From contig CAWBJJ010000002.1 of assembly GCA_963789135.1 (NCBI GenBank), forward strand, positions 87,736 through 151,735: a DNA stretch of 64,000 nucleotides, in the 5' to 3' direction. The position numbers and the translations under genes were made by a program. Below are positions 51,882-60,176 of this stretch, piece after piece (position 1 is the first letter of the stretch; the number at the start of each line of letters is the position of its first letter). Source of the DNA: an uncultured Acidobacteriota bacterium (lineage in GTDB: Bacteria; Actinomycetota; Acidimicrobiia; Spongiisociales; ZC4RG35). Under the pieces are notes generated by a model. The model was given only the letters and a program-made list of their open reading frames with translations, did not search any database and was not told the DNA's origin.

Positions 51882-53110
51882 CCCGGCGACGGGCCACGTT
51901 CCTGAGTTGGTCGATGTGGGTGCTGGGGGTCGCCGCGATGGTCGCGGGCGCGGTGATCACGAGTCGCAACCCGGCAATTCTGACCACGGAACCCGAGGAG
52001 AGTCTGCTCGAGAACTTGATCTGGCTTTCGTCGTTCGTCGGTTTTGGCTTGGTCGGCGCCTTGGTCGTCTCCAAGCGCCCCTCCAACAGAATCGGCTGGA
52101 TTCTCTCCGGGATCACCCTCTCGGTCGGAGTCATGGTGTTGGCCCCGGCGTACGCCCGGTATGCGTTGGTGACGGCACCAGGGACAATTCCATTGGGACA
52201 CTTGGCGGCCTGGGTTTCGACCTGGGCGGTGGTAGTGCCGGCGACTCTCGCTATCGCCCTCGTCCTTCTCTACCCGGCCGGGTCGATCACGACCAGGACA
52301 GGGAGAGTCGTCCTGTTCCTGCTTCTATCTCTGGCGGCCCTGGACGTAGTCGCATTCGCATTACGGCCGGGCCCGGTCGAGGGAGACACCCCGCCCATGA
52401 ATCCCCTCGGCATCTCTGGTGCAGACGGGGTCCTGAACTCGGTCATTTCCACGAGCGGGTCGCTGATGGCCCTACTCCTCGTTATCGGGGTCGTCGATCT
52501 GTTTGTTCGCTTCCGTAAGTCCTCCGGCGTGGAACGCCTGCAGTTTCGATGGTTCCTCCTGTCCTTCGCCGCGTTCCCGGTCCTCTTCCTGCTTTCGACC
52601 TTCCTCGAGGAGGAAGTCATCGGGGTTGGAGGATTCGACCCGACATTGATCGTGTTTCCACTTTGGGGGCTCGGAACCGCCACTGCCCTGGCAGTCGCCA
52701 TCACCCGTCATGGCCTTTACGAGATCAATCGCATCGTTTCCCGCACCGTCACCTACACCCTGGTGGTGGGCGCTCTGGCTGCAGTGTTCTTCGTCGCGGT
52801 CACCGCCCTGACCGCCCTGCTCGACGCGGAGAGCGATGTGGTCGTCGCTGGCTCGACGTTGGCTGTAGCAGCCCTTTTCACCCCGGTGCGCCGGAGAGTT
52901 CAGGGCTGGGTCGATCGCCGCTTCAACCGCTCCCGGTACAACGCTCAGACCGTGATGGACGGGTTCGCAGACACGCTCCGGAACGAAGTCGACCCGGCGG
53001 AGGTAGCCGAAGGCTGGGTATCGGTGGTGTCATCGACGATGAAGCCCAAGGTCGTCGGAGTTTGGATAAGCCAGGAATCCCGTAACGATTTCGGGACGGT
53101 CGGAGGATAG
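51878..53110 (+). CDS. array paralog P5
   Basis: The ATG overlaps the P4 stop (ATGA). Carries KRPSNRIGW, VRFRKSSGVERLQFRW, TRHGLYEINRIVSRTVTY, FTPVRRRVQGWVDRRFNRSRYNAQTVMDGFADTL and the tail STMKPKVVGVWISQ.... It is the most divergent array member. Confidence 0.8.
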   Translation: MTRRRATFLSWSMWVLGVAAMVAGAVITSRNPAILTTEPEESLLENLIWLSSFVGFGLVGALVVSKRPSNRIGWILSGITLSVGVMVLAPAYARYALVTAPGTIPLGHLAAWVSTWAVVVPATLAIALVLLYPAGSITTRTGRVVLFLLLSLAALDVVAFALRPGPVEGDTPPMNPLGISGADGVLNSVISTSGSLMALLLVIGVVDLFVRFRKSSGVERLQFRWFLLSFAAFPVLFLLSTFLEEEVIGVGGFDPTLIVFPLWGLGTATALAVAITRHGLYEINRIVSRTVTYTLVVGALAAVFFVAVTALTALLDAESDVVVAGSTLAVAALFTPVRRRVQGWVDRRFNRSRYNAQTVMDGFADTLRNEVDPAEVAEGWVSVVSSTMKPKVVGVWISQESRNDFGTVGG

Positions 53111-53121
53111 AAAGCACACAT

Positions 53122-54714
53122 ATGGTTCAACTGATGAGACGTCGCAAGACGGAAGAGGAAGAGGCGACGGCCAGCCCGGTCCCTGCCGAGCCCAACAGCC
53201 GGCTCATCGACGCGGTACCGATCCCTCCAGGCGACCCGCTCGAGACCGTCCTGCTCTCGCATGGAGGGCCTCTCGAGCTGGCTTCGTTGGAGCTGGAGTC
53301 GGAGACTCTCGAGTCCATCAAGGAGCAAGGTGTTGAGTTGGTCGTGCCCCTCATCGGCCAGGGTGAGCTGCTCGGCGCCCTCTACCTCGGTGCCAGGCTC
53401 TCCGACCAGCCATATTCGACCGACGACCGAAGGCTCCTCGGCAGCCTGGCGTCCCAGGTGGCACCGGCGATGAAGGTTGCCCAACTGGTCCGAGAGCAAC
53501 AGGCCGAGGCCAAGGAACGCCAGCGGATCCAACAGGAGATGCAGGTCGCCGCGCTGATCCAGCAGACCCTTCTTCCCCGCGATCTGCCCTCCATCTCGGG
53601 GTGGGGCATCGATGCCTTCTACCGCCCTGCTCGGGCGGTTGGTGGCGACTTCTACGACTTCATCCATCTCGACGACGGCCGGCTCGGCGTCGTGATCGGG
53701 GACGTGACCGACAAGGGTGTGCCCGCGGCACTCGTAATGGCGACCTGCCGTTCGATGTTGCGCTCGGCCGCCCACAACCACCGCGATCCGGGCTTGGTGC
53801 TCGCCGAGGTCAACGATGCCCTGGTATCCGAGATACCGCCCGCGATGTTCGTCACCTGTCTTTACGCGATCGTTGACACCCACAGCGGGGACGTGATCTT
53901 CGCCAACGCGGGGCACAACCTGCCGTATGTCCGCGATGACTCAGGTGTCGTCGAGCTGCGCGCCACGGGGATGCCCTTGGGCCTGATGCCCGGGATGACA
54001 TATGACGAGCACAAGCACCGGCTCGCAGCGGGCGATGTGATGGTTCTGACCAGCGACGGGATCACCGAGGCCCACGACCCGGACGGCGAGATGTACGGCT
54101 TCCCCAGGCTCATGGGAAGAGTTGCCGTCAAGCCCCAGGACGGTGACGTTGTCTCGGCTCTCGTCGGAGACCTCGAGAAGTTCACCGGACCTGACGCCGA
54201 GCAGGAAGACGACATAACCCTGGTCGTCGTGAAGCGCACCGCCTACGCCCAGGACAGTGCAGGAGCGTTCGACGACCTGTCCACCACCACTCTGCTCGAC
54301 AGTTTCAGCGTTGCCAGCGAAGAAGGCAACGAGCGTGCCGCGATCGAACAGGTGGCGGCTGCCGTCGCTGATCTGGCCCTGGAACCGGCCCAACTCGAGC
54401 GCCTGAAGACGGCGGTCGGAGAGACAGTGATGAATGCCATCGAGCACGGGAACGAGAACCGGCCCGAGTTGATGGTGGACGTGGCAGTCATGGCCACGGA
54501 TCACGCGATCAAGGTGAGGGTCACCGATCACGGCGGCGGGAAGCCGATCCCCGACGTGGTCACGCCGGACATCGATGCCAAGCTGGCCGGCGAGCAGACA
54601 CCACGTGGGTGGGGACTCTTCCTGATCGGCCAGATGGTCGACGAAGTCCGCACCGAGAGCGTCGATGGGACCCACACAGTGGAGCTCGTCATGAACAGAA
54701 AGGGCCAGGGCTGA
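53122..54714 (+). CDS. soluble SpoIIE/PP2C-type phosphatase fused to an RsbW-like HATPase_c (anti-sigma kinase) domain, with a short GAF-like N-terminal segment
   Basis: 530 aa with no TM helix. The GAF-C-terminal-like segment is VELVVPLIGQGELLGALYLGARLSDQPYSTDDRRLLGSLASQVAPAMKVAQL. The PP2C/SpoIIE motifs are AVGGDFYDF, GDVTDKGVPAAL and LTSDGITEA. The HATPase segment is GETVMNAIEHGN...VRVTDHGGG...GWGLFLI. A GGAGGA RBS overlaps the P5 3' end. Confidence 0.8.
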   Translation: MVQLMRRRKTEEEEATASPVPAEPNSRLIDAVPIPPGDPLETVLLSHGGPLELASLELESETLESIKEQGVELVVPLIGQGELLGALYLGARLSDQPYSTDDRRLLGSLASQVAPAMKVAQLVREQQAEAKERQRIQQEMQVAALIQQTLLPRDLPSISGWGIDAFYRPARAVGGDFYDFIHLDDGRLGVVIGDVTDKGVPAALVMATCRSMLRSAAHNHRDPGLVLAEVNDALVSEIPPAMFVTCLYAIVDTHSGDVIFANAGHNLPYVRDDSGVVELRATGMPLGLMPGMTYDEHKHRLAAGDVMVLTSDGITEAHDPDGEMYGFPRLMGRVAVKPQDGDVVSALVGDLEKFTGPDAEQEDDITLVVVKRTAYAQDSAGAFDDLSTTTLLDSFSVASEEGNERAAIEQVAAAVADLALEPAQLERLKTAVGETVMNAIEHGNENRPELMVDVAVMATDHAIKVRVTDHGGGKPIPDVVTPDIDAKLAGEQTPRGWGLFLIGQMVDEVRTESVDGTHTVELVMNRKGQG

Positions 54715-55055
54715 TGCCAGAGGATGCCTTCGAGGTCGAAGTGGTGGAGAGAGACGACGGACATGTCATCGAACTCCGGGGCACGGTGAACCGGGCGGCC
54801 AAAGAAGCCATGGAGGCGGCCTATGAGGGCACGGGCTCGGGCCGGGTCCTGCTCGACTTCACCCGCGTCGACTACATCAACTCAACCGGTATCGCGGTGA
54901 TCGTTGGCCTGTTGGCAATGGCCAGGGCCGAGGATCGCCAGGTGGGCGCCTTCGGGCTGACCGATCACTATCGCGAGGTGTTCCAAATCACCCGCCTTGC
55001 CGACTTCATGACCATTTACGACGACGAGTCCGCCGCGGTGACGGCGGGGATTTGA
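54714..55055 (+). CDS. STAS-domain protein (anti-sigma-factor antagonist family) 1
   Basis: 113 aa. LLDFTRVDYINSTGIAVIVGLL carries the conserved Ser/Thr position. The ATG overlaps the upstream TGA (TGATG). Confidence 0.75.
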   Translation: MPEDAFEVEVVERDDGHVIELRGTVNRAAKEAMEAAYEGTGSGRVLLDFTRVDYINSTGIAVIVGLLAMARAEDRQVGAFGLTDHYREVFQITRLADFMTIYDDESAAVTAGI

Positions 55056-55067
55056 GGAGAGGGAATC

Positions 55068-55418
55068 GTGCCTACTGCCAACCTGACGATGACAGTCCGT
55101 GAACTGAGCGAATCGGTCCGTGTGATCGACATCGAAGGCGAGATCACATCTTTTTCGGAGCCGGAGATCTCGGCTGCCCACGAGAAGGCCGCCGCCGGCG
55201 GGGTCGATGCCGTGATCCTCAACTTCGAGGGGCTGCAGTACATGAACAGTGGCGGGATCGGGATCCTGGTCACCACCCTGATCCGGGCCCAGCGCTCGGG
55301 CCACCGCTTACTGGCGTTCGGCCTCACCGACCACTACCGCCAGATCTTTGCCCTGACCAGGCTCGACGAGGCCATCGAGATCTTCGACGACGAAGCGTCG
55401 GCAGTCGCCGCCACCTGA
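55068..55418 (+). CDS. STAS-domain protein (anti-sigma-factor antagonist family) 2
   Basis: 116 aa. ILNFEGLQYMNSGGIGILVTTL carries the conserved Ser. GTG start preceded by GAGGAGAGGG. Confidence 0.75.
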   Translation: MPTANLTMTVRELSESVRVIDIEGEITSFSEPEISAAHEKAAAGGVDAVILNFEGLQYMNSGGIGILVTTLIRAQRSGHRLLAFGLTDHYRQIFALTRLDEAIEIFDDEASAVAAT

Positions 55419-55424
55419 GGCGGA

Positions 55425-56819
55425 TCAGCCGCTGAGCGCGGCGCGGGCGGCGTAGAAGCCGCACATCCCATGAACCCCGGCGCCGGGTGGGGTGGCTGAC
55501 GAGCAGAGATAGAGGCCGTCACCGATCCGGTAAGGCCCGGTGGCCCCCAATTGGAACACCTTGCGGGGCCCGAAGCCACCACCGGCGATGTCGCCCCCTA
55601 TGTAGTTGGGGTTGTGAGCCTCGAAACCCCCGGCGTCGAGTGTGTTCCGGCCGATCACCAGATCCTTGAACCCGGGGGCGAAGCGCTCGATCTGGGATTC
55701 GATGGCATCGGTCATGTCGACTGTTGAGCCGTTCGGGACGTGGGTGTAGGCCCAGGCTGTGTGTTTGCCCTCGGGAGCCCGGCTCGGGTCGAAGACCGAA
55801 GGTTGGGAGAGGAGGACGAACGGGCGCTCGGGATGGCCTCCGCGGTGGACCGTGTCCTCGGCTGCCATCACCTCCTCCCAGGTGCCGCCAATGTGCACCG
55901 TCCCCGCGTCAGGGCTGGTCCCGTCCTGCCACGGGATTGGCGCGTTCAGCGCCCAGTCCACCTTGAACACCGCGGGCCCGCTCTTCCATGCCGCGAACTT
56001 GCGCCGGTGACGCATGTCGACCCTGGTCCCGGCGATGCGGACGGCCGAGCGGGGCATTACATCCAGGATGACGATCGGGGTCTCCGGAAGGTCGGCCAGC
56101 GACGAGACCGAACGGCCGGTCTCGATGTTCCCACCCCCATCCGTCACCACCTTGGCGAGGGCGTCCGCCACTCGCTGCGAGCCTCCGGCGACCAGCGGCC
56201 AACCGTAGGCGTGGCCGGTTAGGCCGAAGAGAAGAGCCACACCGCCGGTCAACGGTGAGTTGAACGGGGCAATGGCGTGTCCGGCCAGGCCGGCGAAGAC
56301 GGCACGTGCCTCCTGCGACGAGAAACCGGAAGCAATGGTGGAGGCCGGGAGAGCACCCCTGGTGGCAAGCCTTATGAAGCTCGAGGGGTTCTTGGGTATC
56401 GGCGACATCGGGCCCAGGTAGTCCTCGATGACCTGGTCCGCCGAGTCGACAAGGGGCCGCATGATCCGCCGATAGCGGTCGGCGTCAGGACCAAAACCTC
56501 TGGCCGTTTGCTCGAGGTCTCGCCAGAGGGCACCAGAGCGGTCGCCGCCGAGCGGGTGAGATAGCGGCAGGCCCGGCTGTATCCACTCCAGGTCCAGCCC
56601 GATGTCCCTGAAGAAGGGGGAGGCGACTCCCAGGGGGTGGATTGCCGAGCAGACGTCGTGGAGGAAGCCGGGAAGGGTCAGCGATTCGGTCCGGGTCCCA
56701 CCGCCGATCATCGGCCCCTGCTCCACCACCAGTGCCTTCCGCCCGGCGCGGGTCATTTCGGCCGCGGCAGCCAGGCCGTTGGGGCCGGCGCCCACCACCA
56801 CCACGTCGTATTCGGGCAT
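55425..56819 (-). CDS. NAD(P)/FAD-dependent oxidoreductase of the phytoene-desaturase (CrtI-like) family
   Basis: The start is placed at MPEYDVVVVGAGPNGLAAA (Rossmann GxGxxG). The ORF-track extension to 57194 is Arg/Pro-rich and overlaps the divergent neighbour. Confidence 0.75.
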   Translation of the reverse strand: MPEYDVVVVGAGPNGLAAAAEMTRAGRKALVVEQGPMIGGGTRTESLTLPGFLHDVCSAIHPLGVASPFFRDIGLDLEWIQPGLPLSHPLGGDRSGALWRDLEQTARGFGPDADRYRRIMRPLVDSADQVIEDYLGPMSPIPKNPSSFIRLATRGALPASTIASGFSSQEARAVFAGLAGHAIAPFNSPLTGGVALLFGLTGHAYGWPLVAGGSQRVADALAKVVTDGGGNIETGRSVSSLADLPETPIVILDVMPRSAVRIAGTRVDMRHRRKFAAWKSGPAVFKVDWALNAPIPWQDGTSPDAGTVHIGGTWEEVMAAEDTVHRGGHPERPFVLLSQPSVFDPSRAPEGKHTAWAYTHVPNGSTVDMTDAIESQIERFAPGFKDLVIGRNTLDAGGFEAHNPNYIGGDIAGGGFGPRKVFQLGATGPYRIGDGLYLCSSATPPGAGVHGMCGFYAARAALSG

Positions 56820-56926
56820 TGGAGTCGATTGTGGCGCGGTCGCGTTACGAAATGGTGATCGGGATCCACAGGAGCCGGCCGATTCCCCGTAACGGTGGCG
56901 GAACGCTTCGATGGTCTGCTGTGGCC

Positions 56927-57637
56927 ATGGAGAAAGGACCCGAATTGACCGAACCGACCAACGCAGAGAACTGGGCAAAGCCGGTCGACGCCTTTCACGT
57001 CGGCGAGGTGGCCGAGGGGGCGCACAAGGGGAATGTCGAGGGCCGGCGCCCCACAGGTCCGCTCCAGGGCTTCGGCCAGCTCTGGCAGAAATGGTACGAG
57101 GTGGGCGTTCCCGGGCCCACTCCCGAGGAATTGATCGCAACCTGGAAGGCCAACTTCGGGGAGTTCTGGTACCCGACCAACAAGTTCTACGCACCTGCAG
57201 GCGGCATCAGCCCCGGTGAGATCGCGGTCATCGGCGGCGGCAAAGGCCCGACCAAGGTCACTTCTGGCGTCCGGGTCATCTACGCCGACGATCGGTCTTG
57301 GTCCTATATGACCCCGGAAGGCCACCCCTGGGCGGCGATCATCACCTTCAGCGCATATGAGGACGACCAAGACGTGACCCGGGCGCGGATCCACCTCCTG
57401 GTCCGGGCCAACGACCCTCTGTATGAAGCGAGCTTCAAGGCTTACACCTCCCGCCTCGAGGACAAGATGTGGAAGTACACGCTGGGCCAGGTGGCGGAGC
57501 ATTACGACGTAGCGGAGCCCGAGGTGACCATGGAAACCACCCTGGTCGACAAGCGGCGGCAATGGGATCAGATGGGCAACATCTGGAAGAACTCGGCGAT
57601 CAGGACCCTGCTACGCCAGGACCGAAAAATCGGCTGA
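56927..57637 (+). CDS. hypothetical soluble protein
   Basis: 236 aa from the ATG at 56927 (MEKGPELTEP...). The composition looks well-behaved. No family recognised. Confidence 0.55.
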   Translation: MEKGPELTEPTNAENWAKPVDAFHVGEVAEGAHKGNVEGRRPTGPLQGFGQLWQKWYEVGVPGPTPEELIATWKANFGEFWYPTNKFYAPAGGISPGEIAVIGGGKGPTKVTSGVRVIYADDRSWSYMTPEGHPWAAIITFSAYEDDQDVTRARIHLLVRANDPLYEASFKAYTSRLEDKMWKYTLGQVAEHYDVAEPEVTMETTLVDKRRQWDQMGNIWKNSAIRTLLRQDRKIG

Positions 57638-57667
57638 TAGGCGTGTCCCGCCACTGCTAGAAAACCG

Positions 57668-58015
57668 GTGGTGAGCGGAGTCAACGAGCCAGACCTCTAC
57701 GTCCGTCTCCGAGGAGACCTGACCGAAGCGCTCAAGAATCGAGACCGTGTCGCGGTTTCGGCCTTGAGGGTCGCTGTCGCTGCCATCGACAACGCCGGCG
57801 CCGTTGAACCAGGCCCGGCGATGCCCGAGGATCAGACCCCTGCCGACGTGCCACGCCGTCGCGTCTCTCGGGAAGAGATGGCCGGGCTGGTCGGGAGAGA
57901 GGTCGCCGAGCTCGCCGCCGCCGTCGAGAGTTACGAGGGGCTCGGCCAATTGGGCGCCGCCGAGGAGGCTCGAGCCCGCCTCGCTGTTCTGGAGCGGTAT
58001 TTGCCGCCGGGCTGA
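57668..58015 (+). CDS. GatB/YqeY-domain protein
   Basis: 115 aa. LRGDLTEALKNRDRVAVSALRVAVAAIDNA resembles the YqeY N-terminal helix pattern. Confidence 0.6.
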   Translation: MVSGVNEPDLYVRLRGDLTEALKNRDRVAVSALRVAVAAIDNAGAVEPGPAMPEDQTPADVPRRRVSREEMAGLVGREVAELAAAVESYEGLGQLGAAEEARARLAVLERYLPPG

Positions 58016-58050
58016 CTCCGGGAGACCTCCCTCTGCTACAACCGCAGACG

Positions 58051-58830
58051 ATGAGGCTCAAAGACCGGGTGATCGTCGTGACCGGTGCTTCCGGAATCGC
58101 TGCGGCCGGGGCACACCTGTTCGCCGTCGAGGGAGCAACTGTCTTCGTCATCGCGGCGGACGAGGGGCAGACAGTCGGCCTGGTGGGCTCGCTGACGTCA
58201 ACCGGTGCCAACGCCGACCATGCGGTTGCCGATCTCACCGTCGAATCCGAGACCGAAGCGGCCTTCCAGTCCTGCCTGGGTCGATTCGGGAGGCTCGACG
58301 GGGTCTTCGCAGTGGCCGGTGCCAGCGGCCGCCAGTTCGGAGACGGACCGGCAACGGACATCCCTCTATCCGGATGGGAGCAAACCATCCAGGCCAACCT
58401 GGTCCCGCCCTTCCTGGCCGCCCGCCAGGCGGTGCGGGCAATGGCCTCCGATCATGGAGGCTCGGTCGTGCTGGTGGGAAGCGTTCTCGCCACCCACCCG
58501 TCAGAGCTGTTCCAGACCCATGCCTACGCCACCGCCAAGGGCGCCATCGTGGCATTGAGCAGAGCGCTCGCGTCGACGTATGCGAAAGACGGGATCCGGG
58601 TCAACGTGATCGCGCCCGGCCTGGTCCGCACTCCGATGTCGGAGCGGGCGGCCAAGGATCCCGAGTCGGTGGCTTACGCGGAGCGCAAGCAGCCCCTGTC
58701 CCGCGGCTTCCTGGATCCCGAAGCAATCGGGCATGCCGCCGTTTTCCTGCTCTCGGATGAGTCATCGACTGTGACCGGTCAGGTCCTGGAGGTCGATGGC
58801 GGCTGGGGCGTCACCGAGGCCAGAGCTTGA
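58051..58830 (+). CDS. SDR-family oxidoreductase
   Basis: TGASGIAAA (TGxxxGxG) and the catalytic YATAKGA (YxxxK). 259 aa. Confidence 0.85.
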   Translation: MRLKDRVIVVTGASGIAAAGAHLFAVEGATVFVIAADEGQTVGLVGSLTSTGANADHAVADLTVESETEAAFQSCLGRFGRLDGVFAVAGASGRQFGDGPATDIPLSGWEQTIQANLVPPFLAARQAVRAMASDHGGSVVLVGSVLATHPSELFQTHAYATAKGAIVALSRALASTYAKDGIRVNVIAPGLVRTPMSERAAKDPESVAYAERKQPLSRGFLDPEAIGHAAVFLLSDESSTVTGQVLEVDGGWGVTEARA

Positions 58831-59438
58831 CCAGGTTGGCCCTGCCCCAAGTCCTAGCGATCGAGCAAGTGATACCCGTGGCCAGGCGCCAGGACCCGGT
58901 CACGGTCCGCTCCCTCGCTGAGGCACTGATGCAGGGCGGGTTGCACTCGATCGAGATAACGGTCGAGGGGCCGACCGGGATCGAGGCCATCGCCGCCGTA
59001 TCGGGCTCCGAGCTGGTCGTCGGCGCCGGGACCGTCACCTCGGTCGAGCAGGCCTCGGCCGCGGTCGAAGCCGGCGCAGCATTCCTCATCTCCCCGCACT
59101 GCGATCCAACACTGATCGGATGGTCATTGGGACGGGGGATCCCCTTCATCCCGGGCGCCATGACTCCAACCGAAGTCCTCGCCGCGTGGAGCGCCGGCGC
59201 TTCGGCCGTCAAGGTCTTCCCGGCCTCGGTCGGGGGACCCGCTTTCATCAAATCGCTGCAGGCCCCGTTTCCCGAGATCCCCCTGATTCCAACCGGTGGG
59301 ATCACCGCCGAGAATGCTGCGGCGTACCTCGAGGCGGGAGCCATGGCGGTCGGCGTTGGAGATTGGTTGACCGGTGCCTCCATCTCCGAGGTCGCCGAGC
59401 GTGCCCGACGCCTGACGGACGCGCTCCAACTTGTCTAG
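58827..59438 (+). CDS. eda: KDPG / 4-hydroxy-2-oxoglutarate aldolase
   Basis: 203 aa with VGAGTV, AGAAFLISP, VKVFPA and IPTGGI motifs. The TTG start overlaps the SDR stop (TTGA). Confidence 0.8.
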   Translation: MTRLALPQVLAIEQVIPVARRQDPVTVRSLAEALMQGGLHSIEITVEGPTGIEAIAAVSGSELVVGAGTVTSVEQASAAVEAGAAFLISPHCDPTLIGWSLGRGIPFIPGAMTPTEVLAAWSAGASAVKVFPASVGGPAFIKSLQAPFPEIPLIPTGGITAENAAAYLEAGAMAVGVGDWLTGASISEVAERARRLTDALQLV

Positions 59439-59471
59439 ACATTTGCCGACACCCTGACCACACTTTCGCCC

Positions 59472-60176
59472 ATGGAGCCAATCTCTCTCACTGCCGCCGA
59501 CGTCACCTATGAGCAGCTGGCCGGGACCATCGACCACTCGTTGTTGAAGCCGCAGTTGACGTTGGGCGAAGTGAGCGCAGGCTGCGAGCTCGCAGCGAAG
59601 TACCAAGTGGTTTCGGTATGTGTCCGACCCGCAGATGTCGCTCTGGCTGCGAAGGAGCTCGCGGGCACCGGGGTGGCGGTCGGCACGGTGGTGGCGTTCC
59701 CCCACGGTGACAGCGCAACCCTGACCAAGGTGTTCGAGGCACGTCAGGCCATCGATGACGGCGCCGTCGAGCTCGACATGGTGCTCAACATCGGGTGGCT
59801 CCTCTCCGGTTCTCACGACGATGTCGAGTCGGACATCAGGGCTGTCGTGGAGGAGGCCGGTGAGGACGTCATCGTCAAGGTGATCCTCGAGAACGCTTAC
59901 CTCGACGACGAGCAGAAGGTCACCGCGTGCCGGCTGGTGGAAGTGGCCGGCGCCGACTACGTGAAGACGTCGACCGGCTACGCCCCGACCGGGGCCACTC
60001 TCGACGACCTGCGCCTAATGCGCGCCACGGTGGGTCCGCAAGTGAAGGTGAAAGCGGCACACGGGGTGCGGACGTTGGATGCGCTCCTGGCCGTGATCGA
60101 GGCGGGCGCCGACCGTTGCGGTGCCACTGCGACCGCCACCATCCTCGACGACTACCGGAGTCGGGTCACTCGCTGA
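59472..60176 (+). CDS. deoC: deoxyribose-phosphate aldolase
   Basis: 234 aa. IDHSLLKP, the VCV.P segment and the Schiff-base Lys context DYVKTSTGY. Confidence 0.85.
   Translation: MEPISLTAADVTYEQLAGTIDHSLLKPQLTLGEVSAGCELAAKYQVVSVCVRPADVALAAKELAGTGVAVGTVVAFPHGDSATLTKVFEARQAIDDGAVELDMVLNIGWLLSGSHDDVESDIRAVVEEAGEDVIVKVILENAYLDDEQKVTACRLVEVAGADYVKTSTGYAPTGATLDDLRLMRATVGPQVKVKAAHGVRTLDALLAVIEAGADRCGATATATILDDYRSRVTR

Noticed and set aside
56820-57194. N-terminal 125-aa extension of the CrtI-like oxidoreductase ORF (track start 57194).
   Set aside because: The extension is Arg/Pro/Ser-rich and overlaps the divergent gene. The Rossmann motif follows immediately after the internal ATG at 56819.
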